A DNA stretch of 64,000 nt from an uncultured Actinomycetota bacterium (GCA_963743915.1 CAVURN010000005.1:32001-96000), one strand, 5' to 3'. Counted from the stretch's first letter, positions 20,970 through 31,886 are shown. The notes: a model not told the origin generated them from the letters alone. Numbers and translations: made by a program.

Positions 20970-22853
20970 CTATGCACCACCACAGCAGGCGGCGTGCCGG
21001 CCGAAGACAGAGTCGTGACCGGCAGACCCCATCCCTGCCATGGCCGCCATCTTCCTCACGGCCCCACGCTGGCTCGCCGACGTCGCGTCGTACACGACCT
21101 CTCCCGCGATCATCGTGTGGTTGACGGCTGCCTCACGGATCTCGCTCACCGGTCCGCTCGTGATGTCCCGGTCCAGGACGATCAGGTCGGCGCGCTTGCC
21201 CTTGGCAATGGTCCCCGTGTTCGGGCTGTGCATCTGGAAGGCGCTTGCCCTGGTGTGCATACGCAGCGAGTGGCCACGCGAGAGGGACTCCTCCGGATCG
21301 AGCGGTGTGGGATCGGCACTGTTGGTCGTGGTCCGGTCCACCGCGGTCGCGATCTGGTTGAACGGGCTCAGTGGATCGACAGGCCAGTCAGAGCCTCCAG
21401 CCAGACGCGCCCCGGCCGCACTGAGGCTGCGCGCCGGGTACAGGCGGTCGAACCTCGCTTCGCCGATGTAGGGCCGAAGCGCATCCAGCGTGAAGACGTT
21501 GCGCACGGCCCACTGCAGCTGCATGCTCGCGATGACGTCGAGCCTGCCGAACCGCGCGTAGTCGTCAGGATGAACCAGTTCCAGGTGCGTGATCGTGTGG
21601 CGGTTGCCACTGCGGCCATTGGCCCGCAGCGCCGCCTCGTAGCCGTTGAGGGCGACGCGAACTGCGCGATCACCGATGGCATGGGTGTGCACCTGCCAGC
21701 CTTCGCTATCGAGCTTGACCGCAAGCCGCTTGAAGTCGTCGTTGCTGACGTACAGGTCACCCCTGTTGTCGGTCGGCTGTCCATCGCCGTCCAAGTACGG
21801 CGCGAGCAGCGCCGCCGTCTGGGCGGGGTACTCCATCACCCCGTCCATGAAGACCTTCGCGGTGGTCAGGCGCAGTCGGGGCACGTCGCCGAAGCGGTTG
21901 CGCAGCGTCCTCAGCATCTCCGCTGCCTCGCTGGGCTTGGTGGCGAGCTCGGCATCCACTCCGAGAGCAGGGATGACGGTCTGTCGGAGCACGCCTCGGC
22001 CGAGCAGGTCGCGGTAGGTGCGCAGGCTGGCCCTGCTCGACACGGCATCCATGAACGACGTGATCCCGTTGGCCAGCAGGAACGTTCCCATGTTCTCGTA
22101 CGCGACCGCCAGCTCTTCGTCCGTGGGGGGTGGGATGACCGCGGCGACCATCCACTGCGCGTTGTCCTTCAGCAGACCGGTCGCTGCACCCGTCCCATCA
22201 CGGACGATCTCGCCGCCCGAGGGATCTGGCGTGGAGTTGTCGACGCCGGCCAGCTCCAGTGCCCGACTGTTCACGAAGGAGTTGTGGAAGTCCGATCCCT
22301 GCAGGTAGATCGGACGAGCCGTGTCCAGCGCATCCAGCATCGACTTGTTGACCACCGTTCCGGGGGGAAGCATGCCAACGGGGTTCCAGTTGGTCACCTG
22401 CAGCCAGCCATCGGGTTCCTTGTCGCTGCTGGCGTCGAGCATGGACTGCAGCAACGCCTGAAGTTCCGGGACCGTGAGCTCGGCGTTGTCGAGTGAAGGA
22501 TTCAACGACTGTTCAGCGGCACCGAGTGGGTGCATGTGACCGTCGTGGATCCCGGCCATGACGGTGCCGCCGCCTGCGTCGATCACCTCGGCGCCGTATC
22601 CAGCCAGGCGTCGGATCTCTCGATTCGACCCCACCGCCGCGATGGTGCCGTTCGCTGCCACGGCGACCGCCGACGCCGAACTCGGCTCGTTCGTTCCGGT
22701 GAACACCCGTCCGTTGACGATGATGGTGCTCACCTGGGCGCCGGCTCCGGTCGCCCGCACTCCGGCCCGGGCACTCGCCACGCCCGTCGCCGACAGCAGG
22801 CCCACGGCTCCGGCACCGCCCAGGAAGCTTCTGCGACCGATCTCTTTCGACAT
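20970..22853 (-). CDS. Tat-exported amidohydrolase (Amidohydro_3)
   Basis: GRRSFL Tat motif; DGHMH, HTHAIGD, THLE, GGSDWP. Confidence 0.88.
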   Translation of the reverse strand: MSKEIGRRSFLGGAGAVGLLSATGVASARAGVRATGAGAQVSTIIVNGRVFTGTNEPSSASAVAVAANGTIAAVGSNREIRRLAGYGAEVIDAGGGTVMAGIHDGHMHPLGAAEQSLNPSLDNAELTVPELQALLQSMLDASSDKEPDGWLQVTNWNPVGMLPPGTVVNKSMLDALDTARPIYLQGSDFHNSFVNSRALELAGVDNSTPDPSGGEIVRDGTGAATGLLKDNAQWMVAAVIPPPTDEELAVAYENMGTFLLANGITSFMDAVSSRASLRTYRDLLGRGVLRQTVIPALGVDAELATKPSEAAEMLRTLRNRFGDVPRLRLTTAKVFMDGVMEYPAQTAALLAPYLDGDGQPTDNRGDLYVSNDDFKRLAVKLDSEGWQVHTHAIGDRAVRVALNGYEAALRANGRSGNRHTITHLELVHPDDYARFGRLDVIASMQLQWAVRNVFTLDALRPYIGEARFDRLYPARSLSAAGARLAGGSDWPVDPLSPFNQIATAVDRTTTNSADPTPLDPEESLSRGHSLRMHTRASAFQMHSPNTGTIAKGKRADLIVLDRDITSGPVSEIREAAVNHTMIAGEVVYDATSASQRGAVRKMAAMAGMGSAGHDSVFGRHAACCGGA

Positions 22854-22901
22854 CACGATCACCCTTCTTGTCGACCACGGCGTGCTGATGTCGGTACCGT
22901 G

Positions 22902-22923
22902 TGTGATTAACGTGTTAATCACA
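22902..22923. promoter_or_regulatory. palindromic operator TGTGATTAAC-GT-GTTAATCACA, probable LacI-family site
   Basis: Perfect 10-bp inverted repeat between divergent amidohydrolase and LacI genes. Confidence 0.75.
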
Positions 22924-22928
22924 AGGGG

Positions 22929-23975
22929 TTGAGTCGATTGGTGCACCAGGGCGGGCGTCCCACCTTGAGAGAGGTGGCCCAGGAGGCCGGGGTGTCCACT
23001 GCGACGGTCTCGAACGTCATCAATGGCACCGGCCGGCTCTCAGAGGCGACGCGCGTACGTGTGATCGCGGCCGCCCGAAAGCTGGGCTACCAGCCCAGGA
23101 ACTCCGTTCGAGCGCTCAGCCGAGGTGGCTCCGGCGTCCTGGGCCTCACCCTCACGACCTTTGGCAGCGACTCGGTCTCCTACACCGAGATCCCCTACTA
23201 CTCCGACCTGGTGCTGGCAGCCATCGGTGCCGCCAACGACCACGGCTACCTGCTGCAGGTGATGCCGAGCACGCTCTCGCCCTGGATGTGGATGACTGCG
23301 CCACTCGACGGGGTGATCCACAGCGAACCGAGAGCCACGGACTCGGTGCGAGCCATCTTGCTGCAGCGCGAGATACCGATCGTCTACTCAGGACTTCCGC
23401 TGGACAGCAGGTCCCGGGATGCGTGGGTCGACTGCGACCACCGCCTTGCCGTCGAGCTGCTGGTCGAGCAGTTCATCGAGGCGGGCGCACGCCGCATCGG
23501 GCTCGTCGTGCCCGAACACAACGACGCCTACCCGCAGCTCGTCCTGAGCGCATTCACCAGTGTTTGCGACAGCCAGGGAGTCGAAGCGAGCGTGGAGGGC
23601 TACGAGCCTGTCCCCGAATACACAGCGTCAGAACGGTCTGCGGTCGACAGGCTGCTCACCAGGTCGGAACGGCCGGACGCCCTCTTCGGGATCTACTCGG
23701 ACTCCGGTCACAACATCCTCGCGCAGGTGCGCGACCACGGCCTTCGCGTGCCCGCCGACCTGCTGGTCGGCTGCTTCAGCGAGGATCCGGCCTACGCGCT
23801 CACAAACCCGCCCGTCACCACGATCAGCCTGCAGCCGCGTTCCGTCGCCGTGGAGGCGGTCGACCTGCTCGTCGCCCTGATCGGGGGCCGCAGGGGCATT
23901 CAGCGCCAGCGCATCGTGTCACCCGTGCTGCACGCGCGTGCATCGTCCACGGGTCTTGCTCACTCCCAGCGCTGA
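22929..23975 (+). CDS. LacI family regulator
   Basis: PTLREVAQEAGVSTATVSNVING. Confidence 0.92.
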   Translation: MSRLVHQGGRPTLREVAQEAGVSTATVSNVINGTGRLSEATRVRVIAAARKLGYQPRNSVRALSRGGSGVLGLTLTTFGSDSVSYTEIPYYSDLVLAAIGAANDHGYLLQVMPSTLSPWMWMTAPLDGVIHSEPRATDSVRAILLQREIPIVYSGLPLDSRSRDAWVDCDHRLAVELLVEQFIEAGARRIGLVVPEHNDAYPQLVLSAFTSVCDSQGVEASVEGYEPVPEYTASERSAVDRLLTRSERPDALFGIYSDSGHNILAQVRDHGLRVPADLLVGCFSEDPAYALTNPPVTTISLQPRSVAVEAVDLLVALIGGRRGIQRQRIVSPVLHARASSTGLAHSQR

Positions 23976-24001
23976 CCCCGTCCCTGGGCCTGGCCTCTAG
24001 A

Positions 24002-25489
24002 TCACCAGCCGCCTTCAGCGCGGCGGTTGTACTTCACATCGCTGTCGCCGAGATCGAACACCAGGAGCTTGCGTTCGGTGAATGACTCCAGGAACCACTG
24101 CGACAACTCGCGTCCCACACCACTCTTCCCCGCGCCGCCAAAGGGTGCGAGCTGGTCCCAGTAGTTGCTGGTCTCGTTGATGTTCACGGATCCGTGTGGC
24201 AGTGCCTCACCAACGCGCCATGCAGTGGCGAGGTCGCGAGTCCAAAGAGAGGCAATCAGCCCCAGTTCGCTGCGATTGGCGATCTCCACAGCCTGCTCGG
24301 CTGACGAGATCTTCATGATGGGTGCCACCGGCCCGAATGTCTCCTCCTGCATGATCATCATGTCCTCAGTGACGCCGGTGAGAATTGTCGCGGGGAAGTA
24401 GAGCTCCTCCTCGGGTCCGTACTGCGTGATCTCAGCCCCGCGTTCGCGCGCGTCATTGACATGCTCGACAACTCGTTTGAGGGTCGCGTCGTTGCAAAGC
24501 GGTCCCATTTGAGTGGCTTCGTCCGCCGGATCGCCGATCTGCAGAGCGGCGGCCTTCGCCTTCAGCTTCGCAACAAACTCGTCGTACACATCCTCGTGTA
24601 CCAGGAGTCGCTCGGCGGACGTGCACACCTGACCTGAGTAGTAGAAGCAGCCATTCATCGCTCCCTCGACGGCGGCATCCACGTCCGCATCACTCAGGAT
24701 GATGAAAGGACCATCTCCGCCGAGCTCGAGCAGGTGCGGTTTGAGCGCGGCCGCGCGAGCAATCTGCTCCCCAGTCTTGGTTGAACCGGTGAAGAAGATC
24801 CCGTCTACGTCATCGTGAGAGACGATCGCGGCGCCAACATCCCCGAGCCCCTGGACGACGTTGACAACGCCTGGCGGCAAGCCAGCCTCCTCAAAGAGCT
24901 GAGCTACCATCGCGCAGCTCACCGGCGCGTACTCGGACGGCTTCCACACGGCCGTGTTGCCGGCCGCGATGATGTGCGCCAGCGCGATGGAGGAGATGTC
25001 CGTTGGGAAGTTGTAGGGGGTGATGACGCCCACCACACCCAGTGGACGGTGGCCAAGTACGAGCCGCTTGTTCGTTGTCTGTTCCTGGGTCGACGGAAGT
25101 GACAGTCCCCGGTGCCGGAGTATCTCCTCGGCCGCCTTGTTGTACGAAGGCGCCGAATACTCGTAGACCTCCTCCCGAGAATCGGTGATCGTCTTGCCGA
25201 TCTCTGCCGTGAGCATCTGCGCGATCGGCTCGGCGCGTTCCAGGAACAGCTGGTGAATTCGGCGCAGGATCTTTGCGCGTTCGATGATCGGGAGCGCCGC
25301 CCAAGACGGCTGAGCGGCTCTCGCAGCCGCAACCGCCTGATCCACATCCGAGGTGTCGCAGCGAGCGACGACATTGACTACCTCCCGCGAGTGCGGTGAT
25401 CGCACTTGGAAGGTGCCGCCAGACCCTGCTATCCACTTGCCACCGATCAACGCATCAACTGGCGCCGCGGGCATACCGCTCATGTTCAC
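24002..25489 (-). CDS. aldehyde dehydrogenase
   Basis: ITPYNFP, FTGST, LELGG, GQVCTS, EETFGP, PFGG. Confidence 0.95.
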   Translation of the reverse strand: MNMSGMPAAPVDALIGGKWIAGSGGTFQVRSPHSREVVNVVARCDTSDVDQAVAAARAAQPSWAALPIIERAKILRRIHQLFLERAEPIAQMLTAEIGKTITDSREEVYEYSAPSYNKAAEEILRHRGLSLPSTQEQTTNKRLVLGHRPLGVVGVITPYNFPTDISSIALAHIIAAGNTAVWKPSEYAPVSCAMVAQLFEEAGLPPGVVNVVQGLGDVGAAIVSHDDVDGIFFTGSTKTGEQIARAAALKPHLLELGGDGPFIILSDADVDAAVEGAMNGCFYYSGQVCTSAERLLVHEDVYDEFVAKLKAKAAALQIGDPADEATQMGPLCNDATLKRVVEHVNDARERGAEITQYGPEEELYFPATILTGVTEDMMIMQEETFGPVAPIMKISSAEQAVEIANRSELGLIASLWTRDLATAWRVGEALPHGSVNINETSNYWDQLAPFGGAGKSGVGRELSQWFLESFTERKLLVFDLGDSDVKYNRRAEGGW

Positions 25490-25634
25490 TCCTCGGTCGA
25501 CTCAATCAACCTAGAGTTGCGCCCCTCACGGGTCAACGGGGCGTAGATCAACGCTCCATCCGCAAGGACTCCATCCGCGGTTGAGGGCACCAGACCCCCA
25601 ACGAATGAGCCCTCTTCGCCGATACAGTGCCGAG

Positions 25635-27065
25635 ATGAGCGCGCAGCCGACAACCGTCGCCCCTATTCCTGTGACATGGCCAGCCCACGACCCGGCTACC
25701 TATCGAGTCGTACCCCAGAGCGCGGCTCCACTGGACCGAGACCGCGTGGAGTCTCTCCTCGCGGCTGAGTGGGAGCGGTTCACGGCACAGACGCCTGGCT
25801 CCGGCAAGCACCACGCCCGTGCGCTTGGGTCGCTGCCGCTCGGCGTCCCCTCGACCTTCCAGTACTGGGAGCCGTACCCCGTCGCCATCACGAGCGCGAA
25901 GGGTGCCTGGCTCACCGACGTCGACGGCCGCCGGGTGCTCGACCTCTCGATGGGCTTCGGCGCCATGCTGGCGGGCCACCTCAATCCCGCCGTGGTGGCC
26001 GCGGTGGGCAAGGCGCTCGAGACCGGAACCCTGTTCGTCACGCCGTCGCCCTCGGCCACCGAGGCGGCCGAGCGCTTCCAGCGGCGCTTTGCCCTCGACC
26101 AGCTGCGATTCGCCAACTCGGGTACCGAGGCGACGATGTATGCGGTGCGCACTGCCCGGGCCTTCACCCGTCGCAAGGCGATCATCAAGATCGAAGGTGG
26201 CTACCACGGCGGGTACGACGCTCTGCAGGTGTCGGTCAAGCCCGACCTCGCGGACATCGGCCCTGAGGACGCTCCCACGCCCCAGACGCCATTCGAGGTG
26301 GAGGCCGGAACGGTCCACGTGGTTCCGTACAACGACCTCGATCGCCTGGAGCAGCTCTTCGCCGAGCATGCTTCGGAAGTCGCCTGCGTGTTCATGGAGC
26401 CGGTCCTCGAGAACATCGGCATCGTTGTCCCTGACGAGGGCTACCTCGCCGGAGTGCGCGCGATGTGCGACGCCAACGGCGCCCTCTTGGTGTTTGACGA
26501 GGTGAAGACCGGCCTGACGGCGGGTCCCGCGGGAGCCGCACAACGCCTCGGCGTCACCCCTGACCTGATCTGCCTCGCCAAGAGCATCGGCGGCGGCTTG
26601 CCGCTGGCAGCGTTTGGGGGGCGCGCCGAGGTCATGGAATGCCTGACCGATGACCGAATGCCGCACTTCGGCACCTACAACGGCAATCCACTCGTCGTGG
26701 CCGCCGCTGTGGCGATCGACGAGATCGCCACAGCCGAGGCACTCACGTCGGCCGAGAAGCTCAACGTCGACGCGCTCGGGGCCATGAACGCCATCATCGG
26801 CGAGTACGACCTGCCGGCACACACCGTTGGCTTGGGCGTCAAAGGTGCTGTCACCTGGTCGACGACTCCGGTCCGCAACTACCGCGACTACAAGCGAACC
26901 GACTTCGGCGCCGCCGAGCTCAGCTGGCTGTGGGGCGTCAACCGCGGCATCCTCACGCCGCCCGGGCTCGACGAGCAGTGGCTGGTGTCACTGGCCCACA
27001 CCAGCGACGACATGGACCTGCTCGTCAGTGACTTCCGGGAGCTGGCAGAGTCACTGCGGGGCTGA
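25635..27065 (+). CDS. class III aminotransferase (GSA-aminomutase-like)
   Basis: NSGTEA, GGYHG, FDEVKTG, LAKSIGGGLP, GTYNGNP. Confidence 0.9.
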   Translation: MSAQPTTVAPIPVTWPAHDPATYRVVPQSAAPLDRDRVESLLAAEWERFTAQTPGSGKHHARALGSLPLGVPSTFQYWEPYPVAITSAKGAWLTDVDGRRVLDLSMGFGAMLAGHLNPAVVAAVGKALETGTLFVTPSPSATEAAERFQRRFALDQLRFANSGTEATMYAVRTARAFTRRKAIIKIEGGYHGGYDALQVSVKPDLADIGPEDAPTPQTPFEVEAGTVHVVPYNDLDRLEQLFAEHASEVACVFMEPVLENIGIVVPDEGYLAGVRAMCDANGALLVFDEVKTGLTAGPAGAAQRLGVTPDLICLAKSIGGGLPLAAFGGRAEVMECLTDDRMPHFGTYNGNPLVVAAAVAIDEIATAEALTSAEKLNVDALGAMNAIIGEYDLPAHTVGLGVKGAVTWSTTPVRNYRDYKRTDFGAAELSWLWGVNRGILTPPGLDEQWLVSLAHTSDDMDLLVSDFRELAESLRG

Positions 27066-27521
27066 GCAGCTTCTGTCACTCGCGTGCAGCACGAACTGGT
27101 CGGCTGGTGCTGACACCCAACTCCGAGAAGGCGTGACGAATCGGAAGAAGATTCAGCTGAGCCGGGGACTGACCTTTGGGCACGGAGCACGACTGGCAAC
27201 CGCATGCCTGGACCTTGGTGATGTCGCGACCAGGACCCTCGCAGTAGAGGGCGAATGCCTTGACCAACTCCTTGGAGACTTGGCCTTGGACTGGTTGCAG
27301 CATCGAGCACCTCGGACGCTGCAAGGGCCACGGCGATCACCGGGACGTGCCACGCTGGTGCCGTATCCGTTGCAGGAGTCGGAAGGTTCTGCGGAACTCC
27401 GAGACCGCTTCACGCTCTTCTCGGCGGGAGTCTCGGCGCCGCCAGATCGACCGCAGAACCTCAACTGGCGAACTCCAACGATGTGCGCCCTGATACACGC
27501 GAATCCAGACAGCGCTTGGAC

Positions 27522-27845
27522 CTACCCGGCCTTCGGCAACTGGTCATCCATGAAGCTGTAGACCGGGCCGCCCCAGTCGGTGACCTGGCCGCGCCCGAGC
27601 TCGACGCCGCACACTGAGCCGTTGCCATTGCCCGGCATTCCATACGACAGGACCCCGCTGTTCGGATCATCGACCCGAGCGGGCACCTGGTAGCCCTGTG
27701 CAGTCAGCGCTGGTACGGAAAGAAGCTTGAAGCCGGAAGGACACCCTTCTGAGGGAGGGCCGGCATTGGCCGGTGTTGCTGCGCCAGCGGTAAGGAGCGC
27801 TGCGATGACTGCTGGAGTCACGAGCGACATGGGACGAAAGGTCAT
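27522..27845 (-). CDS. small secreted hypothetical protein
   Basis: GAGGA RBS; signal peptide ending ANA; GCPSGF and NGNGSVC Cys pair. Confidence 0.6.
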   Translation of the reverse strand: MTFRPMSLVTPAVIAALLTAGAATPANAGPPSEGCPSGFKLLSVPALTAQGYQVPARVDDPNSGVLSYGMPGNGNGSVCGVELGRGQVTDWGGPVYSFMDDQLPKAG

Positions 27846-28001
27846 GGTTCCTCCTCGGTGGGACATCCCCGACAGGAGATCGGGCGAGACGCCTTCCCAG
27901 GATGCTGCGCTGGTCGTGGCGGAACCATTCGGCATTCGGCTAGTCCTGGCAGAGACCTGGATTCGCCACATCCGCGTGGCTAGGGTGCAGACGACGGTGA
28001 G

Positions 28002-28754
28002 GTGACGGAAATGACCAGGACTGTCAGCGACGCAGATGTCCATCGGATACTCGGCCTTGTCGAGGATGCGTACGCGGACCCCTCCGACCAAGCACTGCCC
28101 ACCATCGTTTTGGAGCGGGCATTCGACCTTGTCGCGTGCGACGTCATCTCCTTCGTTGACTTCGACCCCTACCTGGCTGTCACGTACGAATACATCGACC
28201 ATCCATTCGAGCCACCCGACGGAGAGGAGGACGATGACGCATTCTGGCGACACTATTGGGACACCCCGTCGTGCTACTGGCCCAGTCGATCCGGCGACGT
28301 TCGACCCATCACGACCATCAGCGACTTCCACAGTCAACGTGAGTTCCACCAGACCGGCATGTACACCGATTACCTAGCGCATAGTCAGATCGAACACGCG
28401 ATGATGATGTGCCTCGGCGGACCTGGCAGCCGTACTCGCAGAATCCTCTTCTGGCGTACCGGGGGCCAGGACTTCGATGACCGTGACCGGATGGTTCTCG
28501 CTCTACTGCGCGCCCCGCTGAATGAGGTGTACCGCCACCGTTCGAGCGCCGCTGTTGCAGAACGACTGCTCACACCTCGGCAACGGGAACTGCTTCAGCT
28601 GGTCGCAGAGGGACACACAAACGCCGAAATGGCCAGACACCTCTTCGTCTCGGTCTCGACGATCCGCAAGCACCTTGAGAACATCTATGAGCGGCTCCAG
28701 GTCACCAACCGTACGGCGGCGGTCGCTCGAGTGTTTCCTGCCGCACGGTCCTGA
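28002..28754 (+). CDS. LuxR C-terminal HTH regulator with GAF-like N-terminus
   Basis: LTPRQRELLQLVAEGHTNAEMARHLFVSVSTIRKHLENIY. Confidence 0.9.
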   Translation: MTEMTRTVSDADVHRILGLVEDAYADPSDQALPTIVLERAFDLVACDVISFVDFDPYLAVTYEYIDHPFEPPDGEEDDDAFWRHYWDTPSCYWPSRSGDVRPITTISDFHSQREFHQTGMYTDYLAHSQIEHAMMMCLGGPGSRTRRILFWRTGGQDFDDRDRMVLALLRAPLNEVYRHRSSAAVAERLLTPRQRELLQLVAEGHTNAEMARHLFVSVSTIRKHLENIYERLQVTNRTAAVARVFPAARS

Positions 28755-29164
28755 ATCGATCGAGCCGCGCACCCGCATCCCGAGCCACCGACGGTGCCTG
28801 CCGCGGAACTCACCTCGCCCGGATGCCGAACGAGACCTGCTGCCCCGCGGTCTCCCCTGGGTAGATACGGCCATGCCGCGGCCCAGCTCCACCAAGCGGC
28901 ACTCGAACGGCGTGGATACAACAGTGCGGCGGGCACGTCCCCAACGCAGCCCCCAGGTAGCTGCCCGACATTCCCCGCAATCGCCGACAGCACCGCGGCT
29001 TGCTCGGCCGCGCCCGCCAGCCCATCGAGAGCCACGAAATCCCTCCCTGACGCCCTGATCGTGGCCGAACTGGCGCCACCCCGCCCCCTAGACTTGATCC
29101 GCCCCGATCCGACCCGGTCGCGGCAGGGACCAGCCGGTTTCCCGCACGGAATTCCGCACGTCCC

Positions 29165-29237
29165 GCCCCCGTAGCTCAGCGGATAGAGCAGCTGCCTTCT
29201 AAGCAGTTGGTCGCACGTTCGAATCGTGCCGGGGGCA
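29165..29237 (+). tRNA. tRNA-Arg(TCT)
   Basis: Acceptor stem GCCCCCG/CGGGGGC; anticodon loop CTTCTAA; T-loop GTTCGAATC. Confidence 0.95.
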
Positions 29238-29276
29238 CCGAAGCGGTGGTAGAAGGTGACCTTCGCGGGGCTAGTC

Positions 29277-29290
29277 GGGACCAACGTCCC
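29277..29290. promoter_or_regulatory. DosR/DevR-like box GGGAC-CAAC-GTCCC
   Basis: Matches the GGGAC-N4-GTCCC core; upstream of usp/acg-type genes. Confidence 0.6.
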
Positions 29291-29344
29291 TCCCCGTTCA
29301 TCGGCTCGAGCGCCGATGCTGAAAGCGTCCCCAGGAGGTGCGTG

Positions 29345-30244
29345 ATGACCAGAACCCGTCCGGCCGTCGCTGTCGGCGTCGATGGCTCCGAGGAGGCCTT
29401 GACCGCTGCTCAGTGGGCTCTGGACGTCGCCGTCCGACGTCACGTGCCTGTCGAGGTCGTCCACAGCTGGTCCATCCCCTTGCCACCGGTCGGCCTCGGG
29501 CCAGCACCGGTGGGCCTCTCCGACGACCGCATCCAAGAAGCAGCTCAGTCCGTCCTCGACGAGGCGGTAGCCGCCCTCCAGGCACGCGGCACCGACGTCG
29601 AGGTGACCGGAACCCTCTACCCGGGGACGCCGTCCGCGGCACTCCTGGAAGCGGCGGATCGGTCCTCACTCGTCGTGGTCGGTGCCTCCGGACTCGATCG
29701 GGTGACCGAGTTCGTGCTCGGGTCCGTGACACAGCAGGTCGTGGCTCACGCATCCTGCCCCGTGGCCGTCATCCCCTCAGGCAAGCAGGTCGAGCCCGGT
29801 CTGGAAGCCGGACGGGTCGTGGTCGGCATCGACGGCTCCGAGCTGTCAGTGGCCGCCACCCGACTGGCGTTCGAAGAGGCGTCCATGAGACACGTCGGCC
29901 TCACCCTGCTGCACGTCTGGAACGCGCCCGCGTACGACACCGCCGGCATCGTCATGCCGGACACGCTCCAGCTGGAGGAGGCACACACCGACGAGCTTCG
30001 CGCCATGGCCGAGACCGTGGCCGGACTGGGTGAGCGCTACCCCGACGTGCATGTCGAGCAGCGACTGCGTCAGGGGCGTCCCGCCAACGTCCTGGCGGAG
30101 GCCTCGCACGGAGCGGAGCTGGTCGTGGTGGGCTCGCGCGGCCACGGAGGCTTCACCTCGCTGCTTCTCGGCTCGACGAGCCGTTCCCTGCTCCACCGCG
30201 CGGCCTGCCCGGTGCTCGTCGTCCGACAGGGGACGGTGACCGTA
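29345..30244 (+). CDS. tandem universal stress protein (in frame with the downstream Acg domain)
   Basis: VAVGVDGS and VVVGIDGS; LGSVTQQVVAHASCPV; GSRGHGG, LLGSTS. Confidence 0.88.
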
Positions 30245-31219
30245 ATGGGCGCCGCGACCACCACCCTCAGCCCGACGTTGGTTCGCCAGCTGGTCGGGGC
30301 TGCTGTCGCCGCCCCCTCGGTCCACAACACCCAGCCGTGGCTCTTTCGGGTCGACGGCGAGCGGATCCACCTGTACGCCGACCCGTCGCGACACCTGCAG
30401 GCCCAGGACCCCGACGGGCGGGCGCTGCTGATGTCGTGCGGCGCCGCGCTGCTGAACCTCAGGTTGGCCGCCGAGCACCACGGCCACCCGAGCGAGGTCA
30501 CGCTGCTGCCGGACGCCGACGACCCGGACCGGCTGGCCACGGTGGACCTGGCAGGGCAGATCTCCCCGACCGGGATGGCCGACGAGCTCTTCGCCGCCAT
30601 CCCGCACCGCCACACCAACCGGATGCCGTACGAGGACCGCCCCGTCCCGCCTGCGGTGCTGGACGCGATGCGCGTCGCCGCCGAGCAGGAGAGTGCTGTC
30701 TTTCACGCCGTCACCGAACCCGGTGAACGCCGACGACTCGTCGACCTGATCCACGACGCGGACGCCACGGCCGACCCGCGCGTCGAGAAGGAGGCCCGCG
30801 CCTGGACCGGCGTCGACCCCAACCGTCCGGACGGCGTCCCGACCGAGGCGCTGGGTCCCCTCCCCGCCAACCCCGGCACGCCGCACCGCGACCTCGCCCC
30901 TGGACGCCTCATCGCCAGTCGTGGTTTCGCCGTCTTCGAGCACGACCCGACCCTGGCGGTCCTCACTACGAGCCAGGACGACCGGTACTCCTGGATCGTC
31001 GCCGGCCAAGCCCTGCAGCGGGTGCTGCTGGTCGCGACCATCGAGGGTCTGGTGGCGACCTTCGCCAACCAGCCTCTGGAAGCGCCCGGCCTGCGGTGGC
31101 TGGTGCGCGACCCCGACCAGCCCATCGGGTTCCCGCAGATGCTGCTCCGCCTCGGCTATGCACCGGCCGCTCCGGCCACCCCACGACGTCCGGTCGAGGA
31201 CGTCATCATCGACGCCTGA
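30245..31219 (+). CDS. Acg-family FMN-binding nitroreductase-like protein
   Basis: [34 protein letters not shown]. Confidence 0.9.
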   Translation: MGAATTTLSPTLVRQLVGAAVAAPSVHNTQPWLFRVDGERIHLYADPSRHLQAQDPDGRALLMSCGAALLNLRLAAEHHGHPSEVTLLPDADDPDRLATVDLAGQISPTGMADELFAAIPHRHTNRMPYEDRPVPPAVLDAMRVAAEQESAVFHAVTEPGERRRLVDLIHDADATADPRVEKEARAWTGVDPNRPDGVPTEALGPLPANPGTPHRDLAPGRLIASRGFAVFEHDPTLAVLTTSQDDRYSWIVAGQALQRVLLVATIEGLVATFANQPLEAPGLRWLVRDPDQPIGFPQMLLRLGYAPAAPATPRRPVEDVIIDA

Positions 31220-31256
31220 GAGGCCCCGTCCCTGCCGGGCGCTAGCCTTCGGGACC

Positions 31257-31886
31257 ATGAGCAACGCGCACCTGGTCTGGGTCGACTGCGAGATGACCGG
31301 TCTCGACCTTGTCCACGATGCCCTCATCGAGCTGGCCGTCCTGGTGACCGACGACGACCTGAACATCCTCGGCGACGGCGTCGACGTGGTGATCCGTCCA
31401 CCCGACGCGGCCCTCGAGCAGATGGACGACTTCGTGCGCACGATGCACACCACGTCCGGGCTGCTCGACGAGCTCGCCGGCGGCATCACCCTGGCGGACG
31501 CCGAGGAGCAGGCACTCGACTACATCCGTCAGTTCGTCCCGGACCCGGGCAAGGCACCCATGGCGGGCAACTCGATCGCCACCGACCGCAACTTCGTCGT
31601 CCGTGACCTTCCGAAGCTCGATGCCCACCTGCACTACCGCATGGTCGATGTCTCGTCGATCAAGGAGCTCGCCCGTCGCTGGTTCCCCCGTGCGTACTAC
31701 CAGGCGCCCGCCAAGCACGGCGGACATCGCGCCCTCGCCGACATCACCGAGTCCATCAACGAGCTGGCGTACTACCGCGCGGCCGTCTTCGTCCCGCCGC
31801 CCGGGCCGGACTCGCAGGGAGCCCGTGAGATCGCGGCACGCTTCGGTGGCGCCAGCGGGCAGGCGACCGCGGGCGAGGACGCCTGA
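31257..31886 (+). CDS. orn: oligoribonuclease
   Basis: [37 protein letters not shown]. Confidence 0.97.
   Translation: MSNAHLVWVDCEMTGLDLVHDALIELAVLVTDDDLNILGDGVDVVIRPPDAALEQMDDFVRTMHTTSGLLDELAGGITLADAEEQALDYIRQFVPDPGKAPMAGNSIATDRNFVVRDLPKLDAHLHYRMVDVSSIKELARRWFPRAYYQAPAKHGGHRALADITESINELAYYRAAVFVPPPGPDSQGAREIAARFGGASGQATAGEDA

Noticed and set aside
20814-22496. Long antisense ORFs (also 5606-7042, 9583-11247, 29846-31489, 55841-57448)
   Set aside because: These are shadow ORFs opposite well-supported genes, as expected in high-GC DNA.
27066-27521. Intergenic stretch with short ORFs on both strands
   Set aside because: No recognisable motif or RBS. It could be a decayed gene but cannot be supported.
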